Shown piece by piece: positions 37,555-47,460 of a stretch of 64,000 bases of DNA. Positions within the stretch are counted from its first letter, which is position 1. Each line of letters starts with the position of its first letter. Source of the DNA: an uncultured Gammaproteobacteria bacterium (GTDB lineage: Bacteria; Patescibacteriota; Patescibacteriia; Magasanikbacterales; GWA2-37-8); assembly GCA_964407865.1 (NCBI GenBank), contig CAYOXC010000002.1, positions 120,646 through 184,645 on the forward strand, written 5' to 3'. The translations under genes were made by a program, and so were the position numbers. The notes under the pieces are model-generated. The model did no database searches. It saw nothing but the letters and a program-made list of their open reading frames with translations, and was not told the origin of the DNA.

Positions 37555-38943
37555 TTAGGGTCTGGTTACTTCTATTAACGCAGCTGGATTAGGACATGTG
37601 CTTAAAATACAAATAGATCCTTGACTTACTGTCTTGCCGTAAGATCCTTGAATAACCTGTGCCTTACCACCAGAGCCCCAACCAACAAACAAGGCAGCAT
37701 GAGTGCCTCTGAGACTAGAATTACCGTTATAGACAATAATATAGTCACCAGGTTGCAGTGCGTTTGCCCAGGCATCTGGCCAACTACTACCTAATTTTGC
37801 TTTGTAATAATCGTAAACCATTTTTTTTGCCATAGCATTATCACTAGCGCAAGAGGATGCAGGTGTTTGGGATGAACATTTTACATTTTGAAGATATTTT
37901 CTGTCAGCTTGGGGGACGCTGTTAACAACTCGTCCTTTTGTCCAACAACCCTTATTTTCAGAAAGACAATCTTTTGAACCAATACCGGCTAGTGTATAGA
38001 TAGTGCCAGCCGTTCTACCACAAGCTCCAAAGTTTACACCGCACTTAACAGCCGCATCTGCGATTTTAATAATTTTTAGTTGTAAAGTATCTTCACCTGT
38101 CACCAGAGACTCGGCCTTGTCATAAAAAGATAAGCTTCTGGGATCTTTCTCTGGTTGTCCAGCAGTTGCATTACCTGACAGTTGTAGGGGACATTCAGTA
38201 TATTGAGGTTGAAAACTACCTGACACAGGTTCGCCGATTCCTTCACTGGTGTTTGCTAAAGTTGTTTGAAGTTCTATATGCAATGGAGATTCTGGAATGA
38301 ATTGAATTTTAAGCGAACGGAAAGTGGTTAAATTTGGATTGATAGTATAAAGCACAACATATGAGCCCCAGGCAATTAGAAGGCCGATTACAGCCTGAGT
38401 AATTCTTTTGTAACCTTGTTGTTTTGTTGGACCGCCGGCTGAAGTTATAATTACGGCTCCTTGAATAATAATAACTACTACGGCTACTATGCTGATTGTA
38501 GCCACAGCAAAATTATAAACCGCTTTTATGTATTCACCAAACCATGGAATGTAAATATTACCCTCTTCATCAACTTCAGTTGGCGGTGCTGAAAAATGAA
38601 GTGATGGAATTGTTACGCCAAGTACAACATCTTTAAATACAAAATCTTCTTCAATCTTTGTCATTGTTTTGGTGCCACAATCTTTGTCTTCGACTATGTT
38701 GCACCCAACATTTCTGCCAAAAGTGCTAAGTTCATCTTGCTTTGCCACACATTGTTCTGAAACAATTAGTTCAGCAAAAATTTCTTTTGTTGTGATAACT
38801 TCCGGTCCAGCGCCGCCTGCATATGTTTTAGTAATTGAACATACACAGCAAGATTTGTATTCAGCTGCCTCAGCAAAATTTACAAAACAAAAAAAATTCA
38901 GCGTAATGACTAATGATAAAATTATGGCTGAAATTTTTTTCAT
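37555..38943 (-). CDS. Secreted/membrane protein: signal peptide, Cys-rich domain, pilin-like double-TM hairpin, C-terminal NlpC/P60- or CHAP-like peptidase domain
   Basis: The N-terminus is hydrophobic. Two TM helices (AVYNFAVATISIVAVVVIII... and AVIGLLIAWGSYVVLY) are separated by a short basic loop. The C-terminus has PGDYIIV...THAALFVGW, with cysteines upstream. Confidence 0.5.
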   Translation of the reverse strand: MKKISAIILSLVITLNFFCFVNFAEAAEYKSCCVCSITKTYAGGAGPEVITTKEIFAELIVSEQCVAKQDELSTFGRNVGCNIVEDKDCGTKTMTKIEEDFVFKDVVLGVTIPSLHFSAPPTEVDEEGNIYIPWFGEYIKAVYNFAVATISIVAVVVIIIQGAVIITSAGGPTKQQGYKRITQAVIGLLIAWGSYVVLYTINPNLTTFRSLKIQFIPESPLHIELQTTLANTSEGIGEPVSGSFQPQYTECPLQLSGNATAGQPEKDPRSLSFYDKAESLVTGEDTLQLKIIKIADAAVKCGVNFGACGRTAGTIYTLAGIGSKDCLSENKGCWTKGRVVNSVPQADRKYLQNVKCSSQTPASSCASDNAMAKKMVYDYYKAKLGSSWPDAWANALQPGDYIIVYNGNSSLRGTHAALFVGWGSGGKAQVIQGSYGKTVSQGSICILSTCPNPAALIEVTRP

Positions 38944-38947
38944 AGCC

Positions 38948-39613
38948 TTAGTACTCTTTTATCAATTCAGAAAGCAAATCATTGACGTTAATCTCTTCCA
39001 GATAGTTTACCCGCATGTTATTAACAAAAATTATTGGTGCCTTTTTTAGTCCGATTGATTTTGCCAGTGAAACAGCCGAATCAACACGCGTTTTTGCTTC
39101 CGTAGAATTTAAACACGACTGCCAGGCATCTTTTTGCAAACTGATTTTTTCGGCAATACTAGACAAGGTTTCATTATCAGTTTTTTTACCGCTAATTTTT
39201 ACAAGTTCGTTTGCGTAGTCAGTAAATTTATTTTGTTTTTTAGCGCAAAAAGCGGCAATGTGAGGTTTTATGTCATCCTCAGCAAACAATCCTGTTGCCG
39301 GGAAATCCTTGAAGACCATTCTAATTTTTGTTGGATTGTTCTCAATAAAATCATCTAGTGTTTGAAAAAGGCGGCGACTGTTAGAGTCGTTAAAGTCAAT
39401 AAAGGCTGTTATAGTCATTGGAGCGCCTTGATTGCCAATAATTGGATCCATCGGATCAATTGGAATTTGCGTTGCTGAATTTTCAATTAGCGGCCGCTCA
39501 GATCGTTTGATAGTAATTTTTTCCGCGACAGATAATTGATAAACCAAAAATAACAAACAAACAATAATTGCTAATATCAATATAATAAAAAATTGGCGAT
39601 TTATGTTTTTCAT
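38948..39613 (-). CDS. Membrane-anchored thioredoxin/DsbA-like protein lacking the CxxC active site
   Basis: N-terminal TM helix. DsbA-like ITAFIDFNDSNS sits where F-D-x-x-C-P-x-C is expected, and no Cys pair is present. Confidence 0.5.
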   Translation of the reverse strand: MKNINRQFFIILILAIIVCLLFLVYQLSVAEKITIKRSERPLIENSATQIPIDPMDPIIGNQGAPMTITAFIDFNDSNSRRLFQTLDDFIENNPTKIRMVFKDFPATGLFAEDDIKPHIAAFCAKKQNKFTDYANELVKISGKKTDNETLSSIAEKISLQKDAWQSCLNSTEAKTRVDSAVSLAKSIGLKKAPIIFVNNMRVNYLEEINVNDLLSELIKEY

Positions 39614-40842
39614 ATTGATAAGTTTATCTCAAAAACACCAGATTGCGTCGTGTCGCTAAATAGCAATCTGTTGTTTGTTTCATCATACGATATATTTTTC
39701 ATTGAAAAATCTCCGCCAGTATTAATAGTTGTTTTGAGTCCGGTTTTTAGGTCAATTTTATAGAGATCATCAGTAGTGCCAGCGGCAATTTCTGGTTTAA
39801 GAGCTGCGCCTTGTGGCAAGTTGCGCGGTACGGCGCAATAAAGCGTTGAATCGCCGGCAAATGTGCATTTATCCGGCCAAGTGTTTAATTCTAGGTTGCG
39901 GCGGTTTGAGCCGATTTCATTACCATATGAGTTAGTCACCCAGATTTCCGGTTTAAGGTCACTACGCTGGGAATAGACGCTATACATTAGCTGATTTCCT
40001 GTTGGCGACCATTTGGGAGTAAAACCAAGCCCTTCCACAACCAATGATTTAAAATTTTCATGATTAAGACCGACAAGCAAAACTTCTTTGCGATAGAGCC
40101 CCAGCGGTTTTCCGGTAAAGGAAAAGGCGACAGTTTGGCGGCTGGGTGACCAATCAATCAGTACTTTGTCTTGGTTTTCACCCATTGGCTCGATTAGTTG
40201 AGTTCCAGTTCCATCATCACTGACGGTGAGCAACCAGCGGTTTTCAGGCGAGAGGCCAATTGATTTGGCGGCAATTTCAGTGCTGTCTGGTGAAAAAGAA
40301 AATTCTTCCCAGTGTTTTGGTAGGGTTACTTGTTTTTGAGTTTCAAAATTATAAATAATTTTTGATTGATCCGGATATTCGAGAACTGCCTTATCGGCTG
40401 TTTTCGCCCAAGTTACATTTGAAACATTATAAAAAACAGAATCACTCATGGCTTTGGTCGTTCCGTCGGGCATAACTTGATAAAATTTGCCATCACTTTG
40501 ATTGTAATACCTAAGAGCGCCAGTAGAATTAACTGAAGAATACACCGTCGGTTCCGCAGTAACCTGCCTAACAGCTTCAGGGCGATAATAGCTTGGCTCA
40601 ACACCGGGGATGTATCCGGCCTGCGGTAGGGTTGGTACACCGGGAACGCCTGGTGCGGTCGTGGCCACCCGCTCTCCAGCTGGTGGCAGAGCGCCGGGTA
40701 GGGTAGGTGTAGCCGTGGGTGGTGTTGGTACTTCTGCTACTGGCACTGCTTTTCTAAAAAAATAATATAAAGCCAGGGCTAAAAGAGCTGTGACTATAAA
40801 AAGTCCGATAATTAACAAAATTCTTTTAAGTCTATCTGACAT
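39610..40842 (-). CDS. Membrane-anchored beta-propeller protein (TolB/PD40-like repeats) with a Pro-rich linker
   Basis: N-terminal TM helix and a PTPPTATPTLPGALPP linker. Repeats include SPDSTEIA, WSPSRQTVAF and WSPTGNQLMY. Confidence 0.55.
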   Translation of the reverse strand: MSDRLKRILLIIGLFIVTALLALALYYFFRKAVPVAEVPTPPTATPTLPGALPPAGERVATTAPGVPGVPTLPQAGYIPGVEPSYYRPEAVRQVTAEPTVYSSVNSTGALRYYNQSDGKFYQVMPDGTTKAMSDSVFYNVSNVTWAKTADKAVLEYPDQSKIIYNFETQKQVTLPKHWEEFSFSPDSTEIAAKSIGLSPENRWLLTVSDDGTGTQLIEPMGENQDKVLIDWSPSRQTVAFSFTGKPLGLYRKEVLLVGLNHENFKSLVVEGLGFTPKWSPTGNQLMYSVYSQRSDLKPEIWVTNSYGNEIGSNRRNLELNTWPDKCTFAGDSTLYCAVPRNLPQGAALKPEIAAGTTDDLYKIDLKTGLKTTINTGGDFSMKNISYDETNNRLLFSDTTQSGVFEINLSI

Positions 40843-40846
40843 AGAA

Positions 40847-41665
40847 TTATGCAGTTATATTTACGCTAACTTGGTTGATTTTTTTATTTATATTTTGCAA
40901 CTCTCTTTTCATTGGTTGAATTTGTCTGTCTCTTTCTCGAGATAATGCTTGTTTTTGGATTCGGAGTTTTTGTTTGAGTTCCATGGTTTTCAATGAAGGA
41001 CGGCCTAAATTAAAACCGCAAAGCCAAAGGATAAAACAGCCAATAATTAAAAGAATCATGAGCAAGGGAATTACTATTGTATACCAAAGAGTTCCAGCAA
41101 TACCGCCTAATACTTTAATAATTTTAATGAGATTTACTGTCCTATCTTTTATTTTCGATGCTTTTAATGCTCTTTCAGCCGGTTTAAGTTTGCTTTGGGT
41201 TGTGATACTAGCGTTTCGTATTTGCCTATTTAGAGTCAGGCTGCGTGTGCGCAGTAGTCTGATTTGCTTTTCGGCAGCTTCTGCCCGGCGTGCTGTTTCG
41301 GCTTGATAAGCCATTTCTTCTTGCGTACCTCCAGCTGTTTTTTGTTCTGGCGCAGACCCTTCTCCAGCCTCTTCTTCAGAGTACCCTTCTTCGCCCTCTT
41401 CAGATATTTCTTCTTCTGTCGGAGGGGTTTCAGTTGGCCGGCCGTATTCCTGTTCGATCAGGACCGCTTCTTTTTCTGCCAGTGTCGGAATTTTAGTCCG
41501 CGCGCCCATTTCTTCTTGTTCCATTTGTCTTCTTTTAGCTGCCCGTGCTTTTGTTAGTTCAGTCGCGTTTTTCTGTTCTAATAATTGCGCAGGCGTCATT
41601 TCTTCGCCTTGATATAATTCTTCAGGATTAACTCCCTGGTTTTTTTGTTCTCCTGTTGCCGGCAT
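40847..41665 (-). CDS. Glu-rich coiled-coil protein with a single C-proximal TM helix, hypothetical
   Basis: Acidic N-terminus. TM helix LGGIAGTLWYTIVIPLLMILLIIGCFILWL. Confidence 0.45.
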   Translation of the reverse strand: MPATGEQKNQGVNPEELYQGEEMTPAQLLEQKNATELTKARAAKRRQMEQEEMGARTKIPTLAEKEAVLIEQEYGRPTETPPTEEEISEEGEEGYSEEEAGEGSAPEQKTAGGTQEEMAYQAETARRAEAAEKQIRLLRTRSLTLNRQIRNASITTQSKLKPAERALKASKIKDRTVNLIKIIKVLGGIAGTLWYTIVIPLLMILLIIGCFILWLCGFNLGRPSLKTMELKQKLRIQKQALSRERDRQIQPMKRELQNINKKINQVSVNITA

Positions 41666-41668
41666 AAA

Positions 41669-44182
41669 TTATTTTAGGCTCAATTTTTGAGCATTTGTTT
41701 CCAAGGAATATGTTTTTTTCAGCATGCCACCTAGAATAATATTAGCAATATTATTTTCAACTTCAGAGCGAATTTTTTGTCTGATGTCACGTGCGTTACT
41801 GTTTTTTTCTCCTAGGCCGGCAAGTAGTTTTTCCAAATCTTTTCTATTAACTGTTATTTTTGTTGAATATTTTTTCAGTCGATTATTCAATGATTCTATT
41901 TCAAGAATGGCAATTTTTGCTAAATCTTCTGCTGACAATTCTCGAAAACAGCATATTCGATCAAGGCGGTTAATAAGTTCAGGAGAGAAGCGGTCTTTCA
42001 GTTTTTCTTTTAGACGTTCCTGGTCTTCTTTTATAGTTTCTGAAACATGGTTGAACCCAAAAGCGCCTTTTTTCAGCTCGTCAGCTCCAAAAGACGTGGT
42101 TAATATTATTATAGCATGTTTTAGGGAAATTTTCTTGCCAGTTGCATCTGTAATTTCACCTTCTTCAAGGATTTGCAAAAGCAGTTTAAGAATATCTGGG
42201 TGCGCTTTGTCTATTTCATCAAAAAGTACTACTGAATATGGTTGAAGCTTCAATTTGTCAGTAAATTGGTTTGCTTCTTTGTAACCAACATAACCCGCTG
42301 GAGAGCCCAATAGTTTTGAGGCGCCGAATGATTCGCCAAATTCCGACATGTCCAATTTAATCAAGGCATCTTGCCCGGGGTAGAGAACTCGAGATAGAGA
42401 TTTGGCTAACTCGGTTTTTCCTACGCCTGAGGGCCCGACATACAAAAGCGATGCAGTCGGCCTCATCGGATCAGAGAGGCCTAATTCGGCTTGTCTGATA
42501 AGCGCAACAGTGTCGTTTATAGGATCTTCTTGTCCAATAACTAATTTTTTAAGTCGAGCGGTAATTTTGTTGAATCTATTTTCATTGCCGGCAATAATTT
42601 CTGATGGTTCTCTGCCGATAATTTTTGCCACTTGATTTACAATGTCTTCGGTTTGAACAGTGCCAAATATCTTTTCTTTTACGTTTTCAAGATCGTGTTC
42701 AACTTTTTGTATTTTATCAAAAATTGTTTTTTCTTCTTCTTTCATTTTTAAAGCTTCGCCAAAACGATCTCCTAAAGCTGCTTCTTCTTTTTTTGAACCG
42801 ATTTCTCGAAGCTGTTGACGCAGATAAGAAAGCTCATCTTCTTCCGGACTGGTTTTTGAGCTTAGGCGTTTTGCAGCTGCTGTTTCGTCGAGTAGGTCAA
42901 TTGCCTTGTCAGGTAAAAATTTTCCAGAAATATAACGAGCAGACATTTCTACTGCCGCTTTGATCGCCTGGTCTTCAATTTTAACATGGTGGTATGTTTC
43001 ATAATTCTTTTTGATGCCGCGCAGAATTTTAACAGCTTCGTTGACTGTTGGCTCTCGAACAAATATTGGCATTAGACGCCTCTCCAGAGCGGCATCACTT
43101 TCTATAAATTTTTTAAACTCAGCCGGAGTTGTTGAACCAATGCAGTGAATTGATCCGCGGGCAAGCGCTGGTTTTAATAAATTTGCAGCATCCATTGAAC
43201 CCTGTGACGATCCAGCGCCGACAATATTATGAATTTCGTCAATGAAAATTATAATATTTGGATCTCTCGATGCGTCTTCAATCAGTTCTTTAAGCCGAGC
43301 TTCGAATTCACCGCGGTAAATTGTTCCGGCGACTAGCATGCCGAGATCAACAGAATATATTTTTTTATTACGAAGCATGTCTGGTATTTGGCCCTCAATA
43401 ATTTTTTTAGCCAAACCTTCAACAATAGCTGTTTTGCCAACGCCTGGATCGCCCAGTAGGACAGGGTTGTTTTTTGTTCGCCGAGATAAAATTTGTATCA
43501 AGCGCTCAATTTCATTGTCCCGACCAATAACCGGATCAATATTTTTTTGATTTTTTCTTTCAGTCAGATCGACGGCAAAATACTCAAGAGCGGATTCTTG
43601 TTTTTTACCCCTAGTTTTTCTTTGACTGCCAATTGGTACGCCTGCAGAGCCAAGCATATTGTCTTGTATTTGTTCTGCGGCTTCAGCCACTTCGTTTATA
43701 TTAGGAAATTGGGCAGCATTGGAAAAAATTGAATCTATTTCTTTTTTTATTTCATCAGGATTAAATTTTGAAATTTTGAAAAATTCATTTAATTTTGGAT
43801 CTTCGATTTCAAGCAGAGCACCGAGCAAATGTTCGCTGCCAAGGTAGTTATGTCCATTTTTTTGAGCGATAATCAAGGCTTTTTCCAAAACCAGTTTAGA
43901 TTGTGGTGAGAGTGGTGGAAGTTGAAGTTCGGTTGAAATTTTTTGATTATCAGTTTTTTCCATTTCAGAAGACATTGGTAGAGTCAGAAGCATTTGTTCA
44001 ATAATTTTGATATCTGGTTTAGAGCGGTTGATTAGCTCCGATGCGACAGAACCTTTTTCGTTCATGGCAGCATAAAAAAGATGCAATGGTTCAATTGAAC
44101 GATTTTTAAGTTCGTTTGCCGATTGCATGGCGCGGGCCAAAATTTCTTTAAGATGTGTGGAAAAACGGTCAAGAATATTCAT
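41669..44182 (-). CDS. Clp/Hsp100 AAA+ chaperone ATPase (ClpB/ClpC family)
   Basis: Clp_N repeats. Two Walker A sites, GDPGVGKT and GPSGVGKT. 837 aa. Confidence 0.85.
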   Translation of the reverse strand: MNILDRFSTHLKEILARAMQSANELKNRSIEPLHLFYAAMNEKGSVASELINRSKPDIKIIEQMLLTLPMSSEMEKTDNQKISTELQLPPLSPQSKLVLEKALIIAQKNGHNYLGSEHLLGALLEIEDPKLNEFFKISKFNPDEIKKEIDSIFSNAAQFPNINEVAEAAEQIQDNMLGSAGVPIGSQRKTRGKKQESALEYFAVDLTERKNQKNIDPVIGRDNEIERLIQILSRRTKNNPVLLGDPGVGKTAIVEGLAKKIIEGQIPDMLRNKKIYSVDLGMLVAGTIYRGEFEARLKELIEDASRDPNIIIFIDEIHNIVGAGSSQGSMDAANLLKPALARGSIHCIGSTTPAEFKKFIESDAALERRLMPIFVREPTVNEAVKILRGIKKNYETYHHVKIEDQAIKAAVEMSARYISGKFLPDKAIDLLDETAAAKRLSSKTSPEEDELSYLRQQLREIGSKKEEAALGDRFGEALKMKEEEKTIFDKIQKVEHDLENVKEKIFGTVQTEDIVNQVAKIIGREPSEIIAGNENRFNKITARLKKLVIGQEDPINDTVALIRQAELGLSDPMRPTASLLYVGPSGVGKTELAKSLSRVLYPGQDALIKLDMSEFGESFGASKLLGSPAGYVGYKEANQFTDKLKLQPYSVVLFDEIDKAHPDILKLLLQILEEGEITDATGKKISLKHAIIILTTSFGADELKKGAFGFNHVSETIKEDQERLKEKLKDRFSPELINRLDRICCFRELSAEDLAKIAILEIESLNNRLKKYSTKITVNRKDLEKLLAGLGEKNSNARDIRQKIRSEVENNIANIILGGMLKKTYSLETNAQKLSLK

Positions 44183-44254
44183 ATTTCTTGTGCTTTATTA
44201 TCTGTCATTATATAATGTAAAGGTTGTTTAGTCAAAATAGTTTTTTATCTAAAT

Positions 44255-45610
44255 ATGAGTATTTTTAAGGCTTATGATGTGCGCGGGATATACCCTGCGG
44301 AAATCAATGAAGATATGGTTTATGACATTGCCCGTGCTTTTGTGATAATGCGTGAAAAAGAAGTGAACAAAACTGGTTTGAGGATTATCCTCGGTCGAGA
44401 CATGCGTCTTTCTTCGCCGTCTTTGCGCGAAGCGGTAAAAAATGGCTTGCTTGATCAAGGAGCCGATGTTATCGATATTGGTTTGGCGTCTACGCCGACT
44501 TTTTATTTTGCTGTGTGCAGTTTGAAAGCTGATGGCGGTCTTTTGGTTTCGGCTTCTCATAACCCGAAAAATTATAATGGCATAAAAATGACACGTGAAG
44601 ATGCTAAGGCGATCGGCGCTGGTTTTGGCATGGAGGAGATCCGGACATTGGCCGAAGCAAAGAAGTGGACCGAGCCCTTAAATAAGGGAAATTACGAGGA
44701 GTATACGAGCATTACCGATGAACATGTTAAACATGAAGAACAGGGTATTAATATAAACAGTATTAAAAATTTTAAAATTGTTGCCGATCCGGCCAATGCT
44801 ATGGGGATCAAGTATTTGGATAAAATGTTTGCTGATTTACCACAGATTGAAATTGTTAAAATGAATTTTGAGTTAGATGGTAATTTTCCAGTACATGAAG
44901 CAGATCCGTTTAAAGATGAAAATATTGCTGATTTAAAAAGAAAGGTTGTTGAAGAAAAAGCTGATATCGGCATAGCTACTGACGGCGACGGTGATCGTAT
45001 ATTTTTTATTGATAATAAGGGTGAGTTGGTTGAACCGGCAATCATGAGAGGTATATTTGCAAGGATTTTTTTGCGTGAAAATCCTGGAGCAATAATTTGT
45101 TATGATATTCGCCCAGGTAAAATAACTGAAGATATGATTGTGGAAAACGGTGGTATTCCATCAGTCACTAAAGTCGGACATTCGCTTATCAAGCAACAAA
45201 TGGTTAGTCAAGGTGCGGTTTTTGGTGGTGAATCTTCAGGTCATTTTTTTGTAAAATTTTCTCACGGAACATATGAAGCGCCGGTTCATATAACTTTAAA
45301 GCTGCTGGTTGAATTGTCAGAAGCAGGACAAGATTTTTCTGATTATGTAAAACCTTTAAAAAAATATTTTCACTCTGGAGAAATAAATTTTAAAGGCGCG
45401 GATAAAGCTGTGGTTTTTTCTAAATTAAAAGAAAAATACAACGATGCGGCCATAAATGATTTGGATGGATTAACTTTTTCTTATCCGGATTTTTGGTTTA
45501 ATGTTCGCGGGTCAAACACCGAGGCTCTCGTTCGTTTAAATCTAGAAGCGCGTTCATCTGAAAAAATGAACGAAAAAACGGAGGAAATTAAAAAAATTAT
45601 TGAAAACTAA
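44255..45610 (+). CDS. Phosphohexomutase (phosphomannomutase/phosphoglucomutase family)
   Basis: SASHNPKNYNG active-site serine loop and GDGDR metal loop. Confidence 0.85.
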   Translation: MSIFKAYDVRGIYPAEINEDMVYDIARAFVIMREKEVNKTGLRIILGRDMRLSSPSLREAVKNGLLDQGADVIDIGLASTPTFYFAVCSLKADGGLLVSASHNPKNYNGIKMTREDAKAIGAGFGMEEIRTLAEAKKWTEPLNKGNYEEYTSITDEHVKHEEQGININSIKNFKIVADPANAMGIKYLDKMFADLPQIEIVKMNFELDGNFPVHEADPFKDENIADLKRKVVEEKADIGIATDGDGDRIFFIDNKGELVEPAIMRGIFARIFLRENPGAIICYDIRPGKITEDMIVENGGIPSVTKVGHSLIKQQMVSQGAVFGGESSGHFFVKFSHGTYEAPVHITLKLLVELSEAGQDFSDYVKPLKKYFHSGEINFKGADKAVVFSKLKEKYNDAAINDLDGLTFSYPDFWFNVRGSNTEALVRLNLEARSSEKMNEKTEEIKKIIEN

Positions 45611-45619
45611 TTTTTATAT

Positions 45620-45970
45620 ATGCCCAAAAAATTTACACCACGAGGAAAGAAAGTTATTTCATGGCAAAAGAAAAAATCCGACGCTTTTGTTGATTTTGCC
45701 GATAAGCAAAAAGATATTCGCAATAACAAGAAACAAGATATTGCTGAACGAATAAAATTAGCCGGAATTAAATTAAAAAATACATACAAGGCAAAATTAG
45801 GAGATGATTTGCGGTTTCGTAAATATACAGTAATAAAAATTGACCGTTTGGAAGGCGATATTTGGTTGAAATCTGAAAGTAATACGGTTAGAAAAACGCG
45901 AGTATTTGACAAAATTTTTGCTCCCATAATCCGAGGACGAAGCAGGCTGAGTAAATATAGAAATCAATAA
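45620..45970 (+). CDS. Basic hypothetical protein (116 aa)
   Basis: ORF with a downstream terminator. No motif recognised. Confidence 0.4.
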   Translation: MPKKFTPRGKKVISWQKKKSDAFVDFADKQKDIRNNKKQDIAERIKLAGIKLKNTYKAKLGDDLRFRKYTVIKIDRLEGDIWLKSESNTVRKTRVFDKIFAPIIRGRSRLSKYRNQ

Positions 45971-45994
45971 TCGTAAATTAGTAATTTTTATATA

Positions 45995-46019
45995 AAAACC
46001 GGCTAATGAGCCGGTTTTT
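45995..46019 (+). terminator. Intrinsic terminator (aaaaccggct aatg agccggttttt)
   Basis: Read directly. Confidence 0.6.
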
Positions 46020-46033
46020 ATATTCAAAGATGC

Positions 46034-46062
46034 TTGACAAATTAGCCTTTTTTTGCTATATT
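46034..46062 (+). promoter_or_regulatory. Near-consensus sigma70 promoter (TTGACA-N17-TATATT)
   Basis: Read directly. Confidence 0.55.
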
Positions 46063-46121
46063 TTAAACCGACAATGGACCACCAAAAGGCGGTTCAAAGA
46101 CCCAAGAGGAGGGGAGAGAGA

Positions 46122-46325
46122 ATGAAGAAAGCAGAAAAAAAAGACTTAGAGGTTTACGAACCAAGGCGCAAAGGCACCTATCGACAACGTCGGCAGAAGC
46201 CGGCAGACCGCCCGTCCTGGCACCCGGAGATGTTGGACACTTTCGAGAGTTCGAATTACTACGACGAGCCGGAGCTCAGCCAGGAGGAGATTCGCCTCAT
46301 CCGGCGGATCAACGACGCCTCTTAG
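46122..46325 (+). CDS. GC-rich small orphan protein (67 aa; alternative start at 46074 gives 83 aa), hypothetical
   Basis: AGGAGG sits 6 nt before the ATG at 46122. GC is about 55-60%. Two terminators follow. Confidence 0.45.
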   Translation: MKKAEKKDLEVYEPRRKGTYRQRRQKPADRPSWHPEMLDTFESSNYYDEPELSQEEIRLIRRINDAS

Positions 46326-46357
46326 TCGCCCTACGACTTCTTAGTTCTTTATGACTT

Positions 46358-46380
46358 GAGCCGCCTTTTTAAGGCGGCTC
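46358..46380 (+). terminator. Perfect 10-bp hairpin gagccgcctt ttt aaggcggctc
   Basis: Read directly. Confidence 0.55.
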
Positions 46381-46389
46381 TTAGATTTT

Positions 46390-46422
46390 AAAAAAACAGA
46401 TATTTTTAATATCTGTTTTTAT
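46390..46422. terminator. Bidirectional terminator (A-run, acagatatt...aatatctgt, T-run), also serving htpX
   Basis: Read directly. Confidence 0.55.
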
Positions 46423-47331
46423 TTAAGCCCCCATTGTTCTTAATTTCTTTATTCTCTCTTCCACTGGCGGGTGGGTGCTGAAAAGCGAAGCGAATTTTTT
46501 ACGACTGCCCCTGAATGGGCTTGAAATAAAAAGATGAGCTGTGGCAGATGAGGCGCGTTGCATCGGTTGGTTTTCGTGAGCGATTTTTTCCAAGGCATTG
46601 GCTAAGCCGTCAGGGTAGCGAGTGAGAAGAGCGCCTGAAGCATCAGCTAAATATTCGCGTTTGCGAGATATGGCAAGTTTTATTATTTCCGCAATAAAAG
46701 GGGATAGTATTGCGAGAACTATGCCAACAATCATTAAAATCACAAATAATTGCGAGCCTTCGTTTCGATTATTGCTACGGCCGCGAAATAAACCGCCGGA
46801 GCGAAGCATAATATTAGCCAGGATTACAATAGAACCAACCATTACAGCAACAAGCATCATAAAACGAATATCGTAATTTTTAATGTGTGATAGTTCGTGG
46901 GCTATTACTCCTTCCAACTCACTGCTTTCAAGTTTTTCTATTGCCCCTCGGGTCAGAGCGATAGAGGCAGTTTTTGGATCTCGGCCAGTTGCAAAAGCGT
47001 TGATGGCTGAATCTTCAATAATATAAATTTTTGGCACGGGCAAACCCGAAGCAATGCAAAGATTCTCTACCAAATGATAAACCCCTTCGTTTTCATCATG
47101 ACTGATTGGTTTGGCGCCAGTAGCAGACAGGGCAATTTTATCGCCAGAAAAATAAGAAACCATTGTCATCACTAGAGCGATGAGAAAAGCAAAAATTACA
47201 CCGCTGTAGCCTCTGCCATTGCCATATAGCTGATCAAAAGTCCAGCCAAGTAAAATAATGATGGCGATAAACAAGGAAACAAGAATCAATGATTTTCTTT
47301 TGTTTGAAGTTATTTCGTTGTACATAAACAA
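46423..47331 (-). CDS. htpX: Zinc metalloprotease HtpX (M48)
   Basis: HELSHIKNYD HExxH motif. 4 TM helices. Confidence 0.9.
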   Translation of the reverse strand: MFMYNEITSNKRKSLILVSLFIAIIILLGWTFDQLYGNGRGYSGVIFAFLIALVMTMVSYFSGDKIALSATGAKPISHDENEGVYHLVENLCIASGLPVPKIYIIEDSAINAFATGRDPKTASIALTRGAIEKLESSELEGVIAHELSHIKNYDIRFMMLVAVMVGSIVILANIMLRSGGLFRGRSNNRNEGSQLFVILMIVGIVLAILSPFIAEIIKLAISRKREYLADASGALLTRYPDGLANALEKIAHENQPMQRASSATAHLFISSPFRGSRKKFASLFSTHPPVEERIKKLRTMGA

Positions 47332-47339
47332 AAAAATTC

Positions 47340-47460
47340 TAAATACTAAACCCTAAATCCTAAACAAATTCAAATTTGCAAATTTTTCAAAAAATTAAGA
47401 AGAATTCGAGTATTTGAATATTGGAATTGTTTAGAGTTAGATATTAGAATTTAGGATTTG
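47340..47460. repeat. Long imperfect inverted repeat / palindromic spacer between lemA and htpX
   Basis: ctaaatcctaaacaa pairs with ttgtttag...tttaggattt. The central segment attcaaat...atttgaat is also palindromic. Confidence 0.55.

Noticed and set aside
40974-43847. Multiple plus-strand ORFs (40974..41306, 41264..41557, 41290..41496, 41724..42245, 42402..42635, 42625..42963, 43338..43550, 43493..43732, 43659..43847) opposite the Clp ATPase and coiled-coil genes
   Set aside because: These are low-complexity antisense frames of long minus-strand genes. The minus-strand products carry strong AAA+ motifs.
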